This document shows positions 1 to 9,769 of a DNA stretch of 64,000 nucleotides, one piece after another. The notes beneath the pieces are model-generated. The model ran no database searches. It saw nothing but the letters and a program-made list of their open reading frames with translations, and was not told where the DNA came from. Source of the stretch: Cytophagales bacterium (GTDB taxonomy: Bacteria > Bacteroidota > Bacteroidia > Cytophagales > Hymenobacteraceae); assembly GCA_038213745.1 (NCBI GenBank), contig JBBQSQ010000001.1:18464-82463 (forward strand), given 5' to 3'. Positions within the stretch are counted from its first letter, which is position 1, and the number at the start of each line of letters is the position of its first letter. A program made the translations under genes and the position numbers.

Positions 1-328
1 GGAGCAGCTCATTGCCCTGTTGGGCAAGTACCTCGACCATGTGCCCGGCTTGGCCTACGCCGACCGCACCGACCTGTTGTTTCAGACCGAAGTGGCCCGC
101 CTTAAGGCCCGGCCACAGGCGCAGCAGCAGCTCACGCGCAAGGAAATGGCCCTGCGCAAGGAAATCAACGAGCTGGAAAACGACCACGCCACGCTCCAAA
201 CCAACCTCGATTTTTTCGCTCGCTCCAAGAATGCCTCCCAGCTCCGCGAGGAATACCAGGGCCGCATCGCCGAAGGCCAGAAGCGCATCGACGTGTTGAA
301 AAAGCAGCTTAAAATGGTTCGCAGTTAA
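1..328 (+). CDS. DUF349-like coiled-coil protein, C-terminal part (5' truncated by window edge)
   Basis: Open frame to TAA at 326-328; C-terminal 'LENDHATLQTNLDFFARSKNA..L' motif resembles Bacteroidota DUF349 proteins. Confidence 0.65.
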   Translation, partial: EQLIALLGKYLDHVPGLAYADRTDLLFQTEVARLKARPQAQQQLTRKEMALRKEINELENDHATLQTNLDFFARSKNASQLREEYQGRIAEGQKRIDVLKKQLKMVRS

Positions 329-354
329 AAATCTTGCGGACTGATAATCAAGCC

Positions 355-391
355 AAAGAAACCCGGTACGCCTGATGCCGGGTTTCTTTTT
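355..391 (+). terminator. Intrinsic terminator
   Basis: aaagaaacccgg...ccgggtttctttt stem followed by T tract. Confidence 0.75.
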
Positions 392-435
392 GCCTAAAAA
401 GCGCCTTGGGAGCTGGTAAAAACGTTCGCGCTCCG

Positions 436-443
436 TACTTTTG
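436..443 (+). promoter_or_regulatory. Bacteroidota -7 promoter element for tRNA-Thr
   Basis: TACTTTTG (TAnnTTTG consensus) 9 nt upstream of the tRNA. Confidence 0.7.
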
Positions 444-452
444 TGCCACTAA

Positions 453-528
453 GCCGCCTTAGCTCAGTTGGTAGAGCTTCTGACTTGTAATCAGAGGGTC
501 GTTGGTTCGAGTCCGACAGGCGGCTCCA
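453..528 (+). tRNA. tRNA-Thr(TGT)
   Basis: GCCGCC/GGCGGC acceptor stem, AGCTCAGTTGGTAGAGC D-arm, anticodon arm TCTGA-CTTGTAA-TCAGA, GGTTCGAGTCC T-arm, encoded CCA. Confidence 0.97.
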
Positions 529-535
529 AAAAGTT

Positions 536-574
536 AAAGCCCGTTGTAATCCTGAGATTACAACGGGCTTTTTT
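536..574 (+). terminator. Intrinsic terminator after tRNA-Thr
   Basis: aaagcccgttgtaatc/gattacaacgggcttt stem plus T tract. Confidence 0.85.
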
Positions 575-631
575 GCGTTAACGCCTCCGAGTCCTTTTAG
601 TACTTCTATACAAGGAATCCAGTAAAGCCTG

Positions 632-690
632 CCCGAACGCTAAGCGGCCCACCGGAATTAAGGGTTCCGGCTGGCCGCTTAGCGTTCGGG
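632..690. repeat. Long inverted repeat, probably the terminator hairpin of the PAP2 gene
   Basis: cccgaacgctaagcggcc ... ggccgcttagcgttcggg (18-bp arms plus inner stem). Confidence 0.7.
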
Positions 691-707
691 TAGCGTATTT
701 TCTGTAA

Positions 708-1532
708 CTACTTCGGCCGCCAGGTCAGGTACAGGCCCGTGCCGCCTGCCGGGGTCCACATGGGCATGAAGCTGGTGTCGCCGATGCCCCGGCCGGTTGG
801 CTTGTGGCCCCAGCGGTTGCGGTGGGTGAGGTACGCCAGGTGCGCCGAGAGAATCCCGAAGCCCGCTCCGGCTACCACGTCCGACTCCCAGTGCTTGTTG
901 TTTATCATCCGAAACGCTGCCACGCTGGTCGCAAGCGTGTACGCCCCGATGCCGTACCACTGGCTCTTATCCCGAAACTCGGTGTGCACGATGCTAGCCG
1001 CCAAAAAGGCCTGCGCCGTGTGCCCCGACGGAAACGACAGATTGTTGGAGCCATCGGGCCGCTCAACGTGGGTAAGCGTTTTTACGACATACACGGAGGA
1101 AAGCATAATGAGCTCACTTTTTACGATGACGAGCCCGAGGTTCAGCCGGTCACTGCGCGACTCAACCCCGGCCAGCAGCACCATGGGGATTTCCAGGTAG
1201 GGTGCCCATTGCAGGAAGTCGTCGATGTGGTTAGTATAGTCCCCAAACGTGTGGCGGATGTCATTCTTGGCATCGTAGGAGCTGTAGAAGCCATGCCCGT
1301 TAATGGTGCTGACACCGTAGCCAATCAGCACTGCCGGAATAATGCTGGCCCGAAACCCTTTGCTTTTGAAGAAAGACTTTTTGACCGGCGAAGGCCCCCC
1401 GGCGGGGTTCTGATACTTGTGAATGGTATCGGCCGGCGCGGGAGTGGCCAGGGGCACCTGCGCCGCCACCAGCTGCGGTGCCGAAGCCAGTGGCAAGAGC
1501 AGGGCCACTGAAAATAGGTAACGGGATATCAT
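708..1532 (-). CDS. PAP2 family phosphatase
   Basis: K..RP (KTLTHVERPD), SFPSGH and R....HW.SDV..G motifs; signal peptide. Confidence 0.9.
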   Translation of the reverse strand: MISRYLFSVALLLPLASAPQLVAAQVPLATPAPADTIHKYQNPAGGPSPVKKSFFKSKGFRASIIPAVLIGYGVSTINGHGFYSSYDAKNDIRHTFGDYTNHIDDFLQWAPYLEIPMVLLAGVESRSDRLNLGLVIVKSELIMLSSVYVVKTLTHVERPDGSNNLSFPSGHTAQAFLAASIVHTEFRDKSQWYGIGAYTLATSVAAFRMINNKHWESDVVAGAGFGILSAHLAYLTHRNRWGHKPTGRGIGDTSFMPMWTPAGGTGLYLTWRPK

Positions 1533-1964
1533 GGGAGAGGAGATTTAAAAGGCGAAGGAACGGCAGCTAGCTGAAATATTAGTGAATTTTTCCGTTTGGG
1601 CCCATCGGGCTCTAGCCTGTTGACCGCGCGCCGGCCCGGTACCCCAGTCGCGTACCAGAAACGGTAAATGAAGCAGCTTATTCTGATTTTTTCTCGGTCT
1701 TCACCGTTTTAATGCCACCTGGCTTTTCACTCAATGGGGTTTTGTCACGTGTCATTTTGAGTTCCCGAGAGTCCTCCTTACGCTTGCCAAAGGTGATTTC
1801 TGGCCAATAGTTTAAGCGCGGTCAGTTCCTTTACGGGCTAAGGATAGCGGATTGATTTGAATTTTTAAATGGGCCATGAAACCGCCCAAATTGGAGTTAC
1901 TTGCGTACCTGCCTTGTGTCAGGTCAACAGCCGCCCCTCCATAAAACTTTTACGATACTGCTTC

Positions 1965-2768
1965 ATGCGTTCTATTCCCCGTTTCACCTTCCTCTGCCTC
2001 TTGGCGCTGGCTTCGCTTTTCACCAGTGGTTGCGGCTACATCCGCTACTTGATTCCGCTCGACCCCACGGCCAAAACGGCTACAACGCCACCCACCCACG
2101 CGGCGTGGGATAGCCAGTTGAAAAAATACGTCAGTAACCAGGGATTGGTCGATTACAAAGCGTGGCAGGGCGACAGCCTCGTCCTCAATGCCTATTTGCA
2201 GGACTTGTCCACGCACCTGCCCAGCCAGGGCTGGAGTTCCACCGACCGGCTGGCCTACTGGATAAACGCCTACAATGCGTTCACCGTGCAGCGCATTCTG
2301 CGCGCATATCCCGTTAAGAGTATCAAGGACCTGGGTGGTACCAAAATCTTTGTCGATACGCCTTGGGACCAGCATTTTATTAAGCTCGACGGCAAAGATT
2401 ATTCCCTCAATGATATCGAGCACCGCATCATCCGCACGCAGTTTAAGGACAACCGCATTCACGTGGCGCTGGTGTGCGCGGCCATGTCGTGCCCCCGGCT
2501 GCGTAACGAGGCCTACACCGGCCCGCGCCTGAACGAGCAGCTTGACGACCAGGGCCGCGATTTTGTGAACAACCCCGTCAAAAACAAGCTGACGCCCGCC
2601 GATAAGCCGCAGCTTCCTTCCATTTTCAACTTCTATCCCAAGGACTTCACCAAAAACGGCAGCACTTCCATTCAGGGTTTTGTGAACCGCTACGCCACGC
2701 AGAAAATTAAGTCCGATGCGCCCCTGACCTACCTGACTTACAATTGGGCCCTCAACGAGCAGAAATAA
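1965..2768 (+). CDS. DUF547 domain lipoprotein
   Basis: AYWINAYNA, RIHVALVCAAMSCPRL motifs; lipobox-like TSGC; start moved to ATG 1965. Confidence 0.85.
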   Translation: MRSIPRFTFLCLLALASLFTSGCGYIRYLIPLDPTAKTATTPPTHAAWDSQLKKYVSNQGLVDYKAWQGDSLVLNAYLQDLSTHLPSQGWSSTDRLAYWINAYNAFTVQRILRAYPVKSIKDLGGTKIFVDTPWDQHFIKLDGKDYSLNDIEHRIIRTQFKDNRIHVALVCAAMSCPRLRNEAYTGPRLNEQLDDQGRDFVNNPVKNKLTPADKPQLPSIFNFYPKDFTKNGSTSIQGFVNRYATQKIKSDAPLTYLTYNWALNEQK

Positions 2769-2846
2769 GCCCGTACTTTTGGCCAACTCCCTGGCGGCCG
2801 CTACCCTGGGTAGCGGCCGTTTTTTTATCACTTTATTTCAGCTTTC

Positions 2847-3494
2847 TTGGACGTAATAGCCACCACCGCCCGCTTTATTGAAGACAAGTTTGCCAACGAA
2901 GGCAGCGGGCACGATTGGGCGCACATCCGCCGGGTGTGGCTGATGGCCCGCCGCCTCGCTGCTGCCCATCCCGAAGCCGATGCGCTGGTGACCGAGCTGG
3001 CCGCGCTGCTGCACGACATTGCCGACTGGAAGTTTCACGGCGGCGATTACGAAGCTGGGCCCCGCGCCGCCCGGGCCTGGCTGCATGGCCAGCAGGTGCC
3101 CGAAGCAGTTATTGGGCGCGTTGAAACCATCATTCGGGAGGTTTCTTTTAAAGGCGCAGGTGTGGCCACGCCGGTTTCGAGCATCGAAGCGGCCCTGGTG
3201 CAGGATGCCGACCGCCTCGATGCCATCGGGGCCATCGGCATTGCGCGGGCGTTTGCCTACGGCGGGCACGCCGGCCGGCCGCTGCACGACCCGGCCATTG
3301 CGCCCGTGGTGCACGAGAGCTTCGCCAGCTACCAGAAGAACACGGCCCCCACGCTCAACCACTTCTACGAAAAGCTCTTCCATCTTCAGGACCGGCTGAA
3401 TACGGACAGCGCCCGCGCCGTGGCTCAGGAGCGGCACGCGTTTATGGAAACCTACGTGGCGCGCTTCCTGGCCGAATGGGACGGGGTTGCATAG
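2847..3494 (+). CDS. HD domain phosphohydrolase (YedJ-like)
   Basis: GHDWAHIRRV, ALLHD, VQDADRLDAIGAIGIARAF, NHFYEKL motifs; TTG start. Confidence 0.9.
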   Translation: MDVIATTARFIEDKFANEGSGHDWAHIRRVWLMARRLAAAHPEADALVTELAALLHDIADWKFHGGDYEAGPRAARAWLHGQQVPEAVIGRVETIIREVSFKGAGVATPVSSIEAALVQDADRLDAIGAIGIARAFAYGGHAGRPLHDPAIAPVVHESFASYQKNTAPTLNHFYEKLFHLQDRLNTDSARAVAQERHAFMETYVARFLAEWDGVA

Positions 3495-3557
3495 AAAGGG
3501 GAGGAGCCCAGCGCCAAATCGGCGCTCCTGCGCACGAGTATCCGTTACCTTTGCCCC

Positions 3558-3788
3558 ATGAAGCTGCTTTTTCGTGTTGTTCCGCTGTTGCTGTTGCTGA
3601 TGATGGCCAGTTGCCGCTCGTGTCCTATCGAGTCCTGCCACACGCGCAAGGTGCACATGCACAGCGGCGTCAGGTACCGGGGCCAGCCCCTTTGGAAAAA
3701 GCAAAACCCAGCCATTGGCGAAAAAATCAAGACGCTCGACACCAGAGCCGGTAAGCATTCCAACGACCGCAGCAAGACGCTGCGCTAG
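3558..3788 (+). CDS. Small hypothetical lipoprotein
   Basis: Hydrophobic signal ending MASC; TACCTTTG promoter at 3546-3553; terminator at about 3805-3840. Confidence 0.65.
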   Translation: MKLLFRVVPLLLLLMMASCRSCPIESCHTRKVHMHSGVRYRGQPLWKKQNPAIGEKIKTLDTRAGKHSNDRSKTLR

Positions 3789-3932
3789 CCGCCCCGAAAC
3801 GCCTAAAAAAGGCCGCAGCGCTTGCCGTTGCGGCCTTTTTGTTGTATCTTCGCACGTACATAAAGAACCATTCACCCCGCGGCTTAAACAACCCTTTTAG
3901 AGGATTCTATAAGCCGCCTATCAACCCCCTCA

Positions 3933-6542
3933 ATGGCGGAAGGCGAAAAAATCATTCCGATTAACATCGAAGACGAGATGCGGGGCGCCTACATCGACTA
4001 CTCGATGTCGGTTATCATCTCCCGGGCCCTGCCCGATGTGCGTGACGGCCTGAAGCCCGTGCACCGGCGCGTGCTCTACGGCATGAGCGAATTGGGCGTG
4101 GGCTACAACAAATCCTACAAGAAGTCGGCCCGTATTGTGGGTGAGGTGTTGGGTAAGTACCACCCGCACGGCGACAGCTCGGTGTATGACACCATGGTGC
4201 GCATGGCCCAGGACTGGAGCCTGCGCTATCCATTGGTGGACGGCCAGGGCAACTTCGGCTCCGTCGATGGCGACTCTCCGGCGGCCATGCGCTACACCGA
4301 GGCCCGGCTCAAGCGCATTGCCGACGAGATGCTCAACGACCTGGACAAGGACACCGTTGACTTCCAGCCCAATTTCGACGACTCGCTGGAGGAGCCCAGC
4401 GTGATGCCCGCCAAGTTTCCCAACCTGCTGGTAAACGGCACGTCGGGCATTGCCGTGGGCATGGCCACCAACATGGCCCCGCATAATCTAACGGAAGTCG
4501 TGAACGGCATCATCGCCTACCTCGCCAACCCTGAAATCACGGTGGCCGAGCTCATGCAGTACGTGACTGCCCCGGACTTTCCCACCGGCGGCATTATCTA
4601 CGGTTACGAAGGCGTGAAGCAGGCGTTCGAAACCGGCCGCGGCCGCGTGGTGATGCGCGCCAAAGCCAATTTCGAAACCAGCAAAACGGGCAAAGAGCAA
4701 ATCGTCGTCACCGAGATTCCCTACATGGTGAACAAGGCGTCGATGATTGAAAAGACCGCCGCGCTCATCAACGACAAGAAGATTGATGGCATTTCGGACA
4801 TGCGCGATGAGTCGGACCGCGACGGCATGCGCATTGTGTACGACCTGAAGCGCGACGCCATGCCCAGCGTGGTGCTCAACAACCTGTACAAGTACACGCA
4901 GCTGCAAAGCTCCTTCGGCGTCAACAACGTGTGCCTGGTAAAGGGCCGCCCCATGACGCTGAACTTGCAGCAGCTCATTCAGTATTTCGTTGAGCACCGG
5001 GCCGAGGTAATCGTTCGTCGTACCAAGTACGAGTTGGCCGAAGCTCAAAAGCGGGCCCATATCCTCGAAGGGCTGCTCATCGCCCTTGACCATTTGGACG
5101 AAGTCATCCAGCTTATTCGGGGCTCGCGTGACCCGGAGGTAGCTCGTGGCCAGCTCATCGAGCGCTTCTCCCTGAGCGAAGTGCAGGCCCGAGCCATTCT
5201 CGACATGCGCTTGCAGCGCCTCACGGGTCTGGAGCGCGATAAAATCGTGGCCGAGTACAACGAATTGATGAAGTTGATTGACCACCTGAACGCCGTTCTG
5301 GCGTCGGCTGAGTTGCAGCGCGGCATCATCAAAACTGAGCTCGAAGACATTCGGGAGCGGTACGGCGATGCCCGCCGCACGGAAATCAACTACATCGGCG
5401 GGGACTTCTCCACCGAAGACATGATTGCCGACGAGGCGATGGTCATCACCATTAGCCGCGAAGGTTACATCAAGCGCACCAATCTTGACGAGTACCGGGC
5501 CCAGGGTCGGGGCGGGGCGGGTTCGCGCGGGGCAATCTCCAAAAAGGACGACTTCACGGAGCACTTGTTCGTGGCTACGACGCACGAATACCTGTTATTC
5601 TTCACGGAGCTGGGCCGGGTATTCTGGCTGAAAGTGTATGAGGTGCCGGAAGGAGGGAAGGCCACCAAAGGCTTGCCCATCCAGAACCTCATCGAGATTC
5701 CGCGCGAAGACAAGGTCCGTTCCGTACTGAACGTGCGCGGTTTGAAAGACCCTGATTACCTCGAAAACACCTTCTTGATGTTTTGCACCGAGCAGGGCAC
5801 GGTGAAGAAAACTCCGCTTGAAGCATATTCGCGTCCCCGTACGGCTGGCATCAACGCCATTACCATTAACGAGGGCGACCGTATTCTCGACGTGCAATTG
5901 CTTGCCCCGAACTCGGAAGTAGTGTTGGCGTCGCGTTCCGGCCGCGCCGTGCGCTTTAATGAATCAAAGGTCCGCTCCATGGGCCGGGCTGCCGCTGGGG
6001 TACGCGGCATCAGCCTTTCCGAAAGCCCCGGTGACCGGGTTGTGGGCATGGTTTGCTTGGCCGACCCATCGCAGGAATTGCTGGTGGTGAGTGAAAACGG
6101 CTTTGGTAAGCGCAGCTCGTTGGACGAGTACCGCGTCACGAACCGAGGTGGCAAGGGCGTACGCGCCATGAAGCTCACGGACAAGACCGGTAACCTAGTG
6201 GCTATTAAGGACGTGAACGATACCGACGACCTGATGATTATCAACAAGTCGGGTATTACCATTCGTCTGCGAATGAGTGACTTGCGCACCATTGGACGAG
6301 CTACTCAGGGAGTTCGGCTTATCAAAATCGGCAGCAACGATGAGATTTCTTCCGTTGCCAAAGTGGCAGCTGAAGAGGAAAAAGATGAAACGGATGCCGC
6401 TTTGGTCGTAAGCGAAGGACCCGATTCGGAGGGGTTGGCGCTTGCGGAAAGTAGTTTTGGAGCAACTGCCGGTTTTACCGACGATGCGAGCGAGGATGCC
6501 GAACCGACGGACGACGAAGCGGAAGAAGCGGATTTGGCATAA
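3933..6542 (+). CDS. gyrA: DNA gyrase subunit A
   Basis: [33 protein letters not shown] catalytic Tyr, GyrA-box QGRGGAG, beta-pinwheel repeats, acidic tail. Confidence 0.98.
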   Translation: MAEGEKIIPINIEDEMRGAYIDYSMSVIISRALPDVRDGLKPVHRRVLYGMSELGVGYNKSYKKSARIVGEVLGKYHPHGDSSVYDTMVRMAQDWSLRYPLVDGQGNFGSVDGDSPAAMRYTEARLKRIADEMLNDLDKDTVDFQPNFDDSLEEPSVMPAKFPNLLVNGTSGIAVGMATNMAPHNLTEVVNGIIAYLANPEITVAELMQYVTAPDFPTGGIIYGYEGVKQAFETGRGRVVMRAKANFETSKTGKEQIVVTEIPYMVNKASMIEKTAALINDKKIDGISDMRDESDRDGMRIVYDLKRDAMPSVVLNNLYKYTQLQSSFGVNNVCLVKGRPMTLNLQQLIQYFVEHRAEVIVRRTKYELAEAQKRAHILEGLLIALDHLDEVIQLIRGSRDPEVARGQLIERFSLSEVQARAILDMRLQRLTGLERDKIVAEYNELMKLIDHLNAVLASAELQRGIIKTELEDIRERYGDARRTEINYIGGDFSTEDMIADEAMVITISREGYIKRTNLDEYRAQGRGGAGSRGAISKKDDFTEHLFVATTHEYLLFFTELGRVFWLKVYEVPEGGKATKGLPIQNLIEIPREDKVRSVLNVRGLKDPDYLENTFLMFCTEQGTVKKTPLEAYSRPRTAGINAITINEGDRILDVQLLAPNSEVVLASRSGRAVRFNESKVRSMGRAAAGVRGISLSESPGDRVVGMVCLADPSQELLVVSENGFGKRSSLDEYRVTNRGGKGVRAMKLTDKTGNLVAIKDVNDTDDLMIINKSGITIRLRMSDLRTIGRATQGVRLIKIGSNDEISSVAKVAAEEEKDETDAALVVSEGPDSEGLALAESSFGATAGFTDDASEDAEPTDDEAEEADLA

Positions 6543-6734
6543 TTGCTGAATAGGAGCGGGGCGGTCCATTTGGGCCGCCCCGTTTATTTTTGGCGAACTC
6601 TATGCCAAAAGTCTTCGTTTGACGGCAGGATAAATTTGTTGTTTCATTAATTTTTCTCACCTTTTCCTCTTAATCAAGGTTGCCGTGGCACCTACACGCT
6701 TGCAGGCCTTGCACAACACACTTTCCCAAACATT

Positions 6735-7895
6735 ATGAAGAAGACTTTTTTGACGCTTGCCGTTGCCGCCACGCTGGCCGCCGGCCGGCCGGCCCCGGTT
6801 TTGGCCCAAACATCGGCCGTCACCAATGCCATTCTTAATCAACGCACTGGTTTGCTCGACAAAGCGCGGGCTGATATTGATAAAGCCATTGTGAATGAGA
6901 AGACCAGTGGCAAAGCCAAAACCTGGTTTACGCGTGGCGAAGTCTATCAATCGATGCTGGAGAGCCCGATTTATGTTAAACAGTTGCAGCCAGGGGAAGG
7001 TCTGCAAAAAGCTTATGAGTCGTATGCCAAAACGGTTGAATTGGACACCAAAGACGGCGAATTCGGCAAGCAGGCAGTGTCTCACATGGATAATCTGTAT
7101 GGCCGCGCCTTTAATGATGCCGTGAACAGCTACAATGCGAAGGAATACGACAAGGCGATTGCCAGCTATAAATTAGCTTCTCAGATTAAGCCCCAGGACA
7201 CTACGGCCGTTTTGTACTCGGCGTATGCTTCAGAGGCAAAGCAGGATTACGCCGGTGCAAAAGCCAGCTACAATCAGTTGCTTGGTATGAACTACAAATC
7301 GGTGGTGCTTTATTCCCGTATGCTTCAGATAGCACGTCAGGAAAAGAATGATGCCGAAGCTGCAAAAGTTGTGCAACAAGCGTTGGCTGCTTATCCGGGC
7401 AATAAAACTTTCTTACTTGAAGATTTGAACATGTCATTGGCCAGTGGTAAAGGCGAGGATGCGTTGGGTAAAATCAACAAGTCTATCGCCGCTGACCCTA
7501 CCAATTCCAATCTTTATGCTGTGCGGGGTTCTATGTATGATTCGCAAAAGAAGCAGGATTTGGCGTTGGCTGACTATAAGAAGGCTGTTGAGCTAGACCC
7601 AAATAATTTTGACGCTCAGTTCAATTTGGGTGTTTACAATTACAATAAAGCTGCCGATGCATACACAAAGGCCAGTAAAATGGATTTGAAAACGTACCAA
7701 GCGTCTGGCAAAAAGTTTGAAGTAGAGGGAAAAAAGTACTTTGAGGCTTCGGTTCCCTATTTTGAAAAGTCATTGCAGCTACAGCCTGATGACCGCAATA
7801 CGTTAACTTCTTTGCAGAAAGTGTATTTTCGCTTGGGGCGTACGGCGGATTCCGAGCGCTTGAATGCAAAGTTGCAATCGTTGAATAAGAAGTAG
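6735..7895 (+). CDS. Exported tetratricopeptide repeat protein
   Basis: Signal peptide; TPR motifs (ALADYKKAVELDPNNFDAQFNLG). Confidence 0.85.
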   Translation: MKKTFLTLAVAATLAAGRPAPVLAQTSAVTNAILNQRTGLLDKARADIDKAIVNEKTSGKAKTWFTRGEVYQSMLESPIYVKQLQPGEGLQKAYESYAKTVELDTKDGEFGKQAVSHMDNLYGRAFNDAVNSYNAKEYDKAIASYKLASQIKPQDTTAVLYSAYASEAKQDYAGAKASYNQLLGMNYKSVVLYSRMLQIARQEKNDAEAAKVVQQALAAYPGNKTFLLEDLNMSLASGKGEDALGKINKSIAADPTNSNLYAVRGSMYDSQKKQDLALADYKKAVELDPNNFDAQFNLGVYNYNKAADAYTKASKMDLKTYQASGKKFEVEGKKYFEASVPYFEKSLQLQPDDRNTLTSLQKVYFRLGRTADSERLNAKLQSLNKK

Positions 7896-7930
7896 ATATC
7901 GTGTAGTTAGTGCTTGGGTTCTACTAGTGG

Positions 7931-7963
7931 GAGAGTCTGTTCGTATGAACGGGCTCTCTTTTT
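7931..7963 (+). terminator. Intrinsic terminator
   Basis: gagagtctgttc-gtat-gaacgggctctc followed by ttttt. Confidence 0.75.
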
Positions 7964-7991
7964 CATTTGCTACACTTAGAACGCAGATACA

Positions 7992-8019
7992 ACTTAACAT
8001 AATATAAATTATAAGACAA
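7992..8019 (-). other. dif: dif site (XerC/XerD chromosome dimer resolution site)
   Basis: Minus strand reads TTGTCTTATAA-TTTATA-TTATGTTAAGT: 11-6-11 layout; XerD arm differs by 1 nt from E. coli TTATGTTAAAT; intergenic; genes converge on it. Confidence 0.88.
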
Positions 8020-8695
8020 GAAATTGCAAATTCTTACCTAGCGATAGTTAGACTTACGTCCTGCACTGTATTCGACTAAATGCAGGTCCATCTCCAGTAG
8101 CTATGTCGCCATTACAACGATACTTCTTGCATGTTTGGAGCGTAGTTATCGCCCACGCGTTTCTTTCGCTTAAATAACTGTATTCATTCATGACACCATA
8201 AGTGGCTTTAGAGCATTATCATGCCTTTTTTATGTAGGTTTAGTGGTACTGTGCTGTTTTCAAGTAATTTCGGCGTCCCTCTCTTTGTTGGTATTTATAA
8301 ATTGAAACAGTTAATCGAGTTTAAAAAAGTAAAAAAATTGGGATAAATATTTACTTTTTGTGCTTAAATATATCACTATATACTTAACAATCATTCGCAC
8401 GTGCCAAATGGTATTTCATAAACGTAACTATTCTCACAAAGCTTGTGCAACTTAAGTATCTAAAAGTACTTTATTAATAAATTTCTTAGCATATAAATAG
8501 AAATGAGAATTGTAAAGTATTATCAAGAGATTGTTCTGAGCAGCATATTGGTTCACTAAGAACAGCATACTTAATAAAGACAGTATATAAAAGTATTAAA
8601 AAATCAGACTTCGTGTACTTTTATTTACCATTTTTTTAACTTTATTTCATCACGAACGTTATACCTTCAAAGTTCAAACTAATAAATAGGAGTAG

Positions 8696-9688
8696 ATGCC
8701 TAAATTAATAGACTATCCAAGAACATCCTATGCAGGAGCGTGGGAACTGGCAGAAATTACGGATGATACTGGCGGGAAGTGCACCGTAGAAACGGCTGCG
8801 CGGAAATTAAACCGGAAAGTCAGTGGGTCATTTAAAGCCATTATTGGGTCCGCTGTAAAGTTCGGCTTAATAACTAGCAAGAGGGAACTGCTAACTACCA
8901 CGACCCTTTTTAAACGAATAAAGCACGCATATGACAAGCAGGAAGAACTACTTTTCCACCGGGAAGCTTTCCTAACTCCACCCCTGTTTACTCAAATTTG
9001 CAGGAAATTTCGGTCAAGGGAACTACCAGTGCAAATGCTGGACATTATGCTAATCCGGGAATTTGGCGTCGAGGAAATAAATGCGCCTGGAGTAGCCAAA
9101 GCATTTGTGGATGGCTGCCGAATGGTCGGTGTCCTAGATGGGAGAAACATAATAGCCGATATCGATGCGTTTAAGACTACACATCCTATCAAACGTGAAC
9201 TGGCCAGTCCCCCGCCCTCTTCCAACGTTTTTCGGACTGTTCAGCCGAACATCAGTTCAACCCAACTTACGGATTCAAACGACAAAAGCACCGAATTCCC
9301 ATCGGATGAAACAAACGAATCATTATCCCCGAACGATGAGAGTCCTAGGAAAGTGGTAAAGACTCTGGTCGGCGCTAAAAAGCCCAACGGTGAAGACACG
9401 GATGCAATCGCAAGTTTATTTGGCTTCTTCGAAACCCCAAAGAGCGTATCCACACTTAGAACGACTGAGGCGGAAGACAAACCTGAACCAACAAGTGACC
9501 AACAGTATTACTCCCAAGAAAGACAATCAGTCGGGCCAGCCAGTCCTTTCCCGAGCACCGAACAAAAGGACTACCAGTTACAATTAAGTGGCCCTGGAGT
9601 GAATACGAACCTACTAATCACAGAAGAAGAAGACATAACAATTGCCATTGCTTTATTAGAGAAAATAAGGCGACAGTTGAAAAGCTAA
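8696..9688 (+). CDS. Hypothetical protein: N-terminal putative tandem winged-helix region, S/T/P/E-rich linker, small C-terminal domain
   Basis: 330-aa ORF with AGGAG upstream; HTH-like 'TVETAARKLNRKVSGSFKAIIGSAVKFGLI'; strong hairpin at the stop. Domain call is inference. Confidence 0.7.
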   Translation: MPKLIDYPRTSYAGAWELAEITDDTGGKCTVETAARKLNRKVSGSFKAIIGSAVKFGLITSKRELLTTTTLFKRIKHAYDKQEELLFHREAFLTPPLFTQICRKFRSRELPVQMLDIMLIREFGVEEINAPGVAKAFVDGCRMVGVLDGRNIIADIDAFKTTHPIKRELASPPPSSNVFRTVQPNISSTQLTDSNDKSTEFPSDETNESLSPNDESPRKVVKTLVGAKKPNGEDTDAIASLFGFFETPKSVSTLRTTEAEDKPEPTSDQQYYSQERQSVGPASPFPSTEQKDYQLQLSGPGVNTNLLITEEEDITIAIALLEKIRRQLKS

Positions 9689-9740
9689 CCGAATCCGGGC
9701 CGCATTGCAAGTGATGCAATGCGGCCCGGATTCGGTTAGC
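9684..9740. terminator. 26-bp perfect inverted repeat between convergent genes
   Basis: GCTAACCGAATCCGGGCCGCATTGCA-AGTGA-TGCAATGCGGCCCGGATTCGGTTAGC. Confidence 0.8.
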
Positions 9741-9769
9741 CGACCAAAAAACAAGTGCAAAAATGCCTA

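Noticed and set aside
453-700. tRNA-Thr (and tRNA-Met at 51409) as occupied integration sites
   Set aside because: No integrase and no duplicated tRNA 3' end seen downstream.
6735-7895. Low-GC TPR gene as a horizontally acquired island
   Set aside because: The composition shift is gradual and also affects gyrA and hisIE; no integrase or flanking direct repeats.
7896-8695. AT-rich intergenic region as oriC
   Set aside because: No TTATCCACA-type DnaA box cluster; genes converge rather than diverge; a dif site is present.
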